A DNA stretch of 24,713 bases from a virus (Duplodnaviria > Caudoviricetes), in the IMG/VR virus record IMGVR_UViG_3300030392_000027, positions 1 through 24,713 of that record; one strand, given 5' to 3'. Under the pieces are notes generated by a model that was given only the letters and a program-made list of their open reading frames with translations, had not been told where the DNA came from and did not search any database. Position 1 is the stretch's first letter. Each line of letters begins with the position of its first letter. Positions 1-6,397 of the stretch are shown piece after piece. Made by a program: the position numbers and the translations under genes.

Positions 1-83
1 TATTAAAGGCGTGTTCTTATTGCTTTAATGGTGAACGGTTGACCCAAAATTGAGAACCTAATATTCAATTGAACGTTATTTTT

Positions 84-452
84 CTAAAATTTCACCTTGA
101 ATCCTTTGCCAGATTTGTACTTATAATTAGATTCTGGCATTTTGTAAAAGTCATCATTCCAAGTTTCAACGGGTCTTTTTTTGTTATATCTGCCCCTTGC
201 TAATTGATTTCTATGATTTTTCTGCCCCATCTGTTGGGCGTATTTCCCAAAAGCATTGACTGTAGAACCTACTGAAAAGGCGTCATTTTGATATGTACGA
301 TTTTTCAAAATGCTTCCCGTATCACGGTTGCCCCATTCGTCTTTTAATTTACCTGTATTTATAAGGTATTCACGAGCTGTAAATGTATGACCCGTCTCAA
401 GTTCAAGATTTTTTTTGTCTTGCCTTTGAAGCTTGTCTAATTTGATAGCCAT
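84..452 (-). CDS. Hypothetical protein (122 aa, basic), divergent from the structural operon
   Basis: ATG start with an AAAGGA SD-like sequence upstream (reverse complement of 463-468); hydrophilic protein-like composition; no motif recognised. Confidence 0.7.
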   Translation of the reverse strand: MAIKLDKLQRQDKKNLELETGHTFTAREYLINTGKLKDEWGNRDTGSILKNRTYQNDAFSVGSTVNAFGKYAQQMGQKNHRNQLARGRYNKKRPVETWNDDFYKMPESNYKYKSGKGFKVKF

Positions 453-548
453 CAGATTTTAATCCTTTAAGTGCTTATTTATACAGTTCTTGTGAAATAA
501 TTATATACATAAAAGTCAACAAATAACAATGCTTGAAAAAACAATAGC

Positions 549-691
549 TAGGCACGAATTAACAAATATTCAGAGCAATATTGAAAAAAACAGTCTAAAA
601 CAGTGATTCAAGGGTCACTGGAGGCGAAAAAATAGCATTTTAGGCACGATTTACAGATATTAAAATCCAAAACTAGGTAAAAAATAGCATT
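549..691. repeat. Imperfect direct repeats in the non-coding region
   Basis: TAGGCACGAATTAACAAATATT (549-570) vs TAGGCACGATTTACAGATATT (641-661); AAAAAATAGCATT at 627-639 and 679-691; small inverted repeat CAGTGA/TCACTG at 601-620. Confidence 0.7.
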
Positions 692-1122
692 AAAAAGTGA
701 CTATTCAACAGTATTAAAAAACATAATACACTGGTGCAAAATAGTATTTAAAAATAGAATAATGAGCCATTTGAAAATACAGACGTACAGAGACACAGAA
801 TAAATAATTAAACAGCAAAATATATTAAATGGTTGGCGTTGCTGTATGAACCTAACAGATACCATCAAAAGTGTATGAATAAACAACATAGAAAATGACC
901 ATATTTCATAGAGCCATTTATATTGAATTAAGGTACTAACAGTCATAAATTAATTTTAAAGCTCTATTTCAAAATTAGCTAAATAGTACAAAACCTTAGA
1001 ACCTTAATACATGAAAATATAACCTTGATACCTAATACGGGAATAGTAATTAATGAAATGTACGACACTAATACAAAAAGAACCTACAACGCAGATACAT
1101 GAATATAAATAACAGAATATAG

Positions 1123-1243
1123 ATATAGTAACTTAAATACTGCACATTTAATTACTGAAATATATTTCCTGTGAATATTCTATAATCTATGATTCTTGAA
1201 TGTGAACAGAATAACCAGAATAGGAATATAGTAACTTAAATAC
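1123..1243. repeat. Perfect 18-bp direct repeat ATATAGTAACTTAAATAC
   Basis: Identical copies at 1123-1140 and 1226-1243; the related ATACATGAA occurs at 1007, 1095 and 1240. Confidence 0.9.
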
Positions 1244-1271
1244 ATGAAAAAAAGTTCCTATAAAAAAAATA

Positions 1272-1365
1272 ACCCACCCACTAACAACAGGAACGACAGT
1301 GACTACAACATCATCTTGGTGCGGTGGGTCTTGTATTTGGGGGATGGGTATTGGTCTATACCCGT
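1272..1365. other. GC-rich double hairpin at a strand-composition switch
   Basis: ACCCACC-CACTAA (1272-1284) pairs with TTGGTG-c-GGTGGGT (1316-1329); ATGGGTAT (1344-1351) pairs with ATACCCGT (1358-1365). Confidence 0.6.
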
Positions 1366-1450
1366 ATATATTTAATTTCTATAAAAGAGGAAGGGATAGT
1401 TTCTGGGTTCTGGGATTATTGGTACTGTATATTTTAAAAAATACAAAAAG

Positions 1451-1512
1451 AGAAAGAATAGTATAGTAACTAGTTACTAGTATCTTAGTAACTATCCTAT
1501 TCTATTCTTTCT
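1451..1512. repeat. Nested inverted repeat / palindrome
   Basis: Arms 1451-1466 and 1497-1512 are complementary at 15/16; perfect 16-bp palindrome TAGTAACTAGTTACTA at 1464-1479; inner arms TAGTTACTA (1471-1479) and TAGTAACTA (1486-1494). Confidence 0.9.
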
Positions 1513-1550
1513 TTTTATTAACTTTATTAGTATTAGTTACTGGGGATTAA

Positions 1551-1580
1551 ATTATACAAATAACAAATAAATATTGTCAA
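1551..1580 (-). promoter_or_regulatory. Consensus sigma70-type promoter pointing leftward
   Basis: Minus strand reads TTGACA-N18-TATAAT, perfect at both hexamers. Confidence 0.75.
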
Positions 1581-1609
1581 GGGAAGAATTATTACTGAAT
1601 TATTATGTA

Positions 1610-1655
1610 ATAAGAAAAAGCCTTATAAGACTGGTGATATAGTCCTATAAGGCTT
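1610..1655 (-). terminator. Intrinsic terminator on the minus strand
   Basis: 15-bp stem 1618-1632/1641-1655. Its single mismatch is A-C on plus but G-U on minus, and UUUUUCUU follows on minus. Confidence 0.75.
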
Positions 1656-1697
1656 AAGTTAAGAGAATCAATAGTTGATAGGAGGTAACTATGATTC
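1610..1697 (-). ncRNA. Putative ~88-nt small RNA with a CCUCCU (anti-SD) loop
   Basis: Extended -10 TGTGATACAAT (reverse complement of 1704-1714) predicts a start near 1697, the first base of hairpin 1697-1665 (loop ACCUCCUAUC); terminator 1655-1610 follows. Confidence 0.55.
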
Positions 1698-1731
1698 GTG
1701 GCTATTGTATCACATGGGGGCAACTAGGGGT

Positions 1732-1826
1732 GGTGGAAAGAACGCAGATTAGTCTAGAGCAACGTACTGCACGAAATGGTCAATGGTGGTGAGGCAAAGC
1801 ACCACGCTCTAGTTTCCGTTTCCACC
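1732..1826. ncRNA. Putative ~95-nt structured RNA (closing stem, internal loop, nested stems); minus strand favoured by promoter position
   Basis: GGTGGAAA 1732-1739/TTTCCACC 1819-1826; CTAGAGC 1754-1760/GCTCTAG 1806-1812; GTGGTG 1786-1791/CACCAC 1800-1805; GC-rich island in AT-rich DNA. Confidence 0.55.
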
Positions 1827-1832
1827 GAGTTT

Positions 1833-1842
1833 ATGCTAACAT
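1833..1842. promoter_or_regulatory. Candidate bidirectional extended -10 promoter
   Basis: Plus: TG-c-TAACAT (1834-1842), 7 nt before ATG 1850. Minus: TG-t-TAGCAT (1841-1833), predicting a start near 1826. Confidence 0.5.
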
Positions 1843-1849
1843 CATTTTT

Positions 1850-2251
1850 ATGGTTACGGTAAGAGGTTGTAGTAAGTGTTTAGGGGCAACTATTTCTAGT
1901 GATGACGGTAACAAATGTGTTATCTGTGGTTATACGGACTATTCAACTGCTCCAACTTATAAGATTAAACGAAATAAATATAGTGATTCACATGAACATG
2001 CGACTATTTTAATTCGTAAAAAGGGTCAGGTTTCTCTTTACCACGCCAAAACTGTTTATCTTATGACTTTTACTAATGGTTATGGTAACCAGGCGTTTAG
2101 ATATGAGATGAATTGTCCCTATGATAATTGCAAATATAGGTGTAGGACAAAACGATATTCCCATAAACGTGAATTTAAATACAAATGTAAGAATAAACAT
2201 ATATGGTATCTTATAATGAGAGATGGTGAACCCATATATTGGAGATATTAA
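1850..2251 (+). CDS. Cys-rich zinc-ribbon protein (133 aa), possible regulator
   Basis: CSKC...CVICG in the N-terminus and CPYDNC...CKNKH in the C-terminus; basic; TAATG overlap with the next gene; no SD visible. Confidence 0.7.
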   Translation: MVTVRGCSKCLGATISSDDGNKCVICGYTDYSTAPTYKIKRNKYSDSHEHATILIRKKGQVSLYHAKTVYLMTFTNGYGNQAFRYEMNCPYDNCKYRCRTKRYSHKREFKYKCKNKHIWYLIMRDGEPIYWRY

Positions 2252-2580
2252 TGCCAGCAAAGAAATATAAATCTGCAGCTTGGACGAGAAAGGCTGGACA
2301 AAATCCTAAAGGTGGACTCAACAAGAAAGGTCGGGCATCTTATAAGAAACAAACTGGTGGAACGTTAAAAGCTCCCGTTAAATCAGGAGATAATCCACGC
2401 AGAGCTTCTTTCTTAGCTAGGATGGGTGCTTCCAAAGGACCCGATAAAGACTCTAAAGGTAAACCCACTCGTAAATTAAAGTCATTACAAGCATGGGGTG
2501 CAAGCTCTTCTGCTGATGCCAGACAAAAAGGTAGAGCTATTAGTGCTAGAAACAAAGCTAAGAAGTCTAAAGGTAAATAA
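2251..2580 (+). CDS. Small basic phage protein of the 'AWTRKxGxNPKGGLNxKGRASY' type (DUF6321-like)
   Basis: Recognisable motif followed by RRASFLARM. ATG 2251 has GGAG at 2241-2244 and overlaps the upstream TAA, so it is preferred to the track start at 2239. Confidence 0.8.
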   Translation: MPAKKYKSAAWTRKAGQNPKGGLNKKGRASYKKQTGGTLKAPVKSGDNPRRASFLARMGASKGPDKDSKGKPTRKLKSLQAWGASSSADARQKGRAISARNKAKKSKGK

Positions 2581-2612
2581 CAATCGGCTAAAACAGCCAA
2601 AGGAAAAAGATA

Positions 2613-2693
2613 ATGCCTAAAGGAAAAGGAACATACGGCTCAAAAAGAGGACGACCTCCTAAGAAAAATAAGAAAAAATCTATGAAAAGGTAG
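2613..2693 (+). CDS. 26-aa basic peptide MPKGKGTYGSKRGRPPKKNKKKSMKR with an AT-hook-like motif (not in the ORF track)
   Basis: AAGGA upstream, ATG 2613 to TAG 2693; fills the gap before terS; contains KRGRPPK. Confidence 0.75.
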   Translation: MPKGKGTYGSKRGRPPKKNKKKSMKR

Positions 2694-2700
2694 GTTATTA

Positions 2701-3174
2701 ATGGCTAGTAACGCTGTCCCCGATATGCCAGGCAACAATCCTGAAGCTATTAAAGCTAGACAAGATTTATTTCTCGAAGCATTTGAAGAATTAGGTACGA
2801 TTACACACGCATGTAAGAAGACTGGTATAGGTAGAAGTACCTACAAACGCTGGAAACGAGATGATAAGTTTGATTTTGTTACCAGATTTAATGACGTTAA
2901 AGATGATTTCGCAGAAGAAATAGAACAAACTCTGTTTCAAAGAGCTAAAGACCCTAAATCTAATCCTGTTCTTTTAATATTTGCACTCAAAGGTCTACTA
3001 CCTGATAAGTATAAAGACAACGCACAGGTAAATGACGAGACTGCTAAAGATATTATGAAAGAACTTAAGACTAAATTTAGAGGTATTAAGTTTGATGAAA
3101 GCGAAAGTGTTGATATTAAAACAGCACAACAACAAGCAGAAGATATATTAAGAGGCAAAAGTGGAGAAAAATAA
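2701..3174 (+). CDS. terS: Terminase small subunit
   Basis: HTH-like FLEAFEELGTITHACKKTGIGRSTYKRWK, then a helical region and LLIFALKGLLPDKYKD; immediately upstream of terL. Confidence 0.85.
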   Translation: MASNAVPDMPGNNPEAIKARQDLFLEAFEELGTITHACKKTGIGRSTYKRWKRDDKFDFVTRFNDVKDDFAEEIEQTLFQRAKDPKSNPVLLIFALKGLLPDKYKDNAQVNDETAKDIMKELKTKFRGIKFDESESVDIKTAQQQAEDILRGKSGEK

Positions 3175-4522
3175 CAGCAACGTATCTGTTAATGAACTAG
3201 CTGATTTTATTTATGACAAAGTAGACTTTAAACCAACTCCATTACAATCGCCAATACTTAGGTCAAGAAAAAGATTTATCCTAGTAGCTGGTGGTGAACA
3301 AGCTGGTAAATCTATGGTTGCAGCTAAATATTTATTAGGTAGATTCCTGGAAACAGATGGACAAGGTCTGTTCTGGCTAGTTGCTGCCGACTACGAACGT
3401 ACCAGAGCTGAGTTTGAATACCTCGTACAAGACTTCGCTACACTAGGACTACTAAAAGAATCAACTAAAAGAGTAGACCCAGGTAGAATTGTACTCGCAG
3501 ACGGCACAAGAATAGAAACAAAGTCTGCTAAAGACCCAAGAACACTAGCTATGAGAGCACCTAATGGCATCATTGGTTGCGAAGCATCACAGCTAGACCT
3601 CGAAACTTTTCACAGATTACGTGGAAGATGTGCTCCAAAGAAAGGTTGGATGTTTTTAGCTGGTACTTTTGAAGGCTCACTTGGCTGGTATCCACAAATG
3701 TACCAGTCATGGCAACACTCAGCATCAGTAGATGAACAAGCGTTCTCATTACCCAGCTACTCTAACCAGTATTTATATCCAGGTGGTAGACAAGACCCAG
3801 AAATATTAGCACTAGAACGAGCTAGTTCTGATGATTTCTTCCTAGAAAGAATAGAAGGTATACCCAGCCCACCACAAGGTCTGGTATTCAATGAACTAAG
3901 AGCTGACATTCATGTGCGTGACGTAGAATACGAACCAGATATACCTGTACATATATGGATAGACCCTGGTTACTCAGAAGCATACGCCTGTGAAATAGTA
4001 CAAATAGTTAATGACCAAGTAAGAGTGATAGATGAAATCTATGAAAGGAATCTGGTTACAGATGAAATTATAGATATAGCACAATCAAGACCCTGGTGGA
4101 GAGATGCGCAGTTCGGAGTTATTGATATCGCAGGTTATCAACACCAAGCTATGGCTGCCCCTGCAGAAGTCTGGTTAGAACGAACAGGTATCTATTTTGA
4201 CTCACAAAAAATAAGAATTAACGAAGGAACTGAAAGATTAAAGTCGTTTTTAAAGACCGACCCAGTATCTAAAACAGAACCTATGATAGTATTTAACCCA
4301 AAGTGTGAAGGAATATTGTCAGAATTCGGTGTTAAGCCAAATCCCTTTGATGGACAAACTCGTTCCTATAGATGGAAGATGGATAGAGATGGTAATATTG
4401 TGGGACAAACACCTGAAGATAGATACAATCATGGTGTTAAAGCAGTAATTTACGGATTAATTAATCGTTATGGGTATGGCTATATTACCGATAATAAAAT
4501 TATAAAGGTTAGGCAATGGTAA
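3161..4522 (+). CDS. terL: Terminase large subunit
   Basis: PTPLQ adenine-binding motif, Walker A-like VAGGEQAGKS, Walker B-like GIIGCEA, nuclease IWIDPG and VIDEIY; lies between terS and portal; GTG start. Confidence 0.9.
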   Translation: MEKNNSNVSVNELADFIYDKVDFKPTPLQSPILRSRKRFILVAGGEQAGKSMVAAKYLLGRFLETDGQGLFWLVAADYERTRAEFEYLVQDFATLGLLKESTKRVDPGRIVLADGTRIETKSAKDPRTLAMRAPNGIIGCEASQLDLETFHRLRGRCAPKKGWMFLAGTFEGSLGWYPQMYQSWQHSASVDEQAFSLPSYSNQYLYPGGRQDPEILALERASSDDFFLERIEGIPSPPQGLVFNELRADIHVRDVEYEPDIPVHIWIDPGYSEAYACEIVQIVNDQVRVIDEIYERNLVTDEIIDIAQSRPWWRDAQFGVIDIAGYQHQAMAAPAEVWLERTGIYFDSQKIRINEGTERLKSFLKTDPVSKTEPMIVFNPKCEGILSEFGVKPNPFDGQTRSYRWKMDRDGNIVGQTPEDRYNHGVKAVIYGLINRYGYGYITDNKIIKVRQW

Positions 4523-6397
4523 ATGGCTAATTACAAAGCAGAAGAAATTATATCGCTAGTAGATAATCATTACGACTTAACAGAACCTATGCGTACCCGT
4601 ATGGATGATGACTATAAACTATACCGATTAGAAGAATTTGACGCAGGAGAAGGCTTCCAGTCTTACACCTCAAACGAACCTATGGTATATGCAGATAAAC
4701 TTATTTCTTGGATGACTTCTGCTGAAATGGTTGTACGAATACCTTATAACAATTCAGAAAGAGAAGAACGAGAAAATAATGACGCTAAAGAAAAGTTTTT
4801 AATTGGTATCCTAACATCTGCTGATGAAAGACTAACTAAAAGATTACAGCCAATAGTAAGACAACAACTAGCTTGGTACATAACTCTACGTGGCTGGTAC
4901 TCAGGCAGAGCCTTACTCGTTAAGAATAAAGATGGCGATACCTATGTTGATATTCAACCATGGGACCCACTTCATACTTATTGGGGAGAAGGTCCTGATG
5001 GGTTGTCATGGGCTTGTTATAAATCTAAAAAGTCACCGTCAGAAATTAATTTAACTTATGGCGTAACTGTAGGTTCAGATTCAGATACAGATGAACCTAT
5101 TGATGTTTACGATTTTTATGACAAAGAAGATAATATTGTTGTTACAGATTCAACTGTATTAAAGAAAAGAACTAAGCATGGAGCTGATGAAGTCCCAGTA
5201 TTTCTTGGACCAGTAGGCTCAACACCCATGATTCAAGCAATTACAGACACAAGAAACCAAGATACAATGGTAGATTTTGGTGAATCTTGTTATAAATCTA
5301 CTCGTAACTTGTTTGATAAACAAAACTTTATGATGAGCGTAATGCTTGAACTTACAGCCCGTTCACGAAAACAAGGATTGAAAGTTAAATCTCGTGACGG
5401 AACTAAAACACTAGAAGAAGACCCGTATAAAGAAGGCTCAGAGATAGCTCTTGGGCAAGGCGAAGACGTTGAACCTCTAGGTTTGTTAGAAATGGCTAAA
5501 GAATCAGGCGTATTTATGGGACTTGTGTCTGGTGAAATGCAAAGAGGTGGATTACCACACTCTATTTATGGGCAATTAGAATTTCAATTATCAGGATTTG
5601 CAATAAATACACTAAGACAAGGCGTTGAATCACAACTTGAACCAAGACTTCACTCTCTTGAACGTGCATATATGTGCATAGCAAAAATGATTTCAGACCA
5701 ATATATTACTGGTGCCTACAAAGCAGTTGAAGTTAGTGGTAAAGATAGAAATAGAATGTATTTTTCTGAGGAAATAACAGTCGATACTATCAAAAATGCA
5801 GGTGACCCTGAAATAGAATTCATCGGTCAGTTGCCACAAGACGATATGACAAAGATGTCAATGGCACAAATGGCACGAGAAGGACAAACCCCACTCTTGT
5901 CAGATACATTTATACGTGACCATGTACTTGGTTTGCAGTCTGCCGACCAAATGGATGACGCAATTAACGCACAGATAGCAGAAAGAACTTTACCTGAAGC
6001 TACATTGTGGACAATGTTACAAGCAGCTTTAAGACAAGGCAGAGAAGATTTAGCTAAGTTCTATCAAGGTGAACTTGAAAGATTATTCTTAGTTAAAGGA
6101 ATGGAACAGGCACAGATGATGCAACAGGCTGGAGCAATGGCTCAAGGCGTAGCTCCACCACAACCACAGGGTGGTCCACCACAACCACAAGGTATGCAAC
6201 CACCATTTCCAGGTATGGGTGGAGGTCCAACTGCTTCCCCTCAAGTAATGCCTGATGCTATGATGGGTGTACCACCTGTAGCTCCGACTGCTCCTCCTGG
6301 TCCGTCAGTTCCTCCTGGAACTCCTAGACCTGGAGCACAGGATGCAGTTACAAGATTAGAACAACAAGGATTGATACCACCAGAGGAAGGTGTATAA
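4523..6397 (+). CDS. Portal protein
   Basis: 624 aa directly after terL; portal-like segments (DIQPWDPLHTY, SGFAINTLRQ); Pro/Gln/Met-rich C-terminal tail typical of podovirus portals. Confidence 0.8.
   Translation: MANYKAEEIISLVDNHYDLTEPMRTRMDDDYKLYRLEEFDAGEGFQSYTSNEPMVYADKLISWMTSAEMVVRIPYNNSEREERENNDAKEKFLIGILTSADERLTKRLQPIVRQQLAWYITLRGWYSGRALLVKNKDGDTYVDIQPWDPLHTYWGEGPDGLSWACYKSKKSPSEINLTYGVTVGSDSDTDEPIDVYDFYDKEDNIVVTDSTVLKKRTKHGADEVPVFLGPVGSTPMIQAITDTRNQDTMVDFGESCYKSTRNLFDKQNFMMSVMLELTARSRKQGLKVKSRDGTKTLEEDPYKEGSEIALGQGEDVEPLGLLEMAKESGVFMGLVSGEMQRGGLPHSIYGQLEFQLSGFAINTLRQGVESQLEPRLHSLERAYMCIAKMISDQYITGAYKAVEVSGKDRNRMYFSEEITVDTIKNAGDPEIEFIGQLPQDDMTKMSMAQMAREGQTPLLSDTFIRDHVLGLQSADQMDDAINAQIAERTLPEATLWTMLQAALRQGREDLAKFYQGELERLFLVKGMEQAQMMQQAGAMAQGVAPPQPQGGPPQPQGMQPPFPGMGGGPTASPQVMPDAMMGVPPVAPTAPPGPSVPPGTPRPGAQDAVTRLEQQGLIPPEEGV

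Noticed and set aside
701-946. 81-aa hydrophobic minus-strand ORF
   Set aside because: Hydrophobicity follows from the T-rich minus strand of a skewed region; no SD seen; probably spurious, though not excluded.
540-1250. CRISPR array or mini-array
   Set aside because: Repeats are few, of several different kinds and irregularly spaced; no cas genes in the window.
1280-1315. AAC/NAC triplet run as a DGR template repeat
   Set aside because: Too short; no matching variable repeat or reverse transcriptase in the window.
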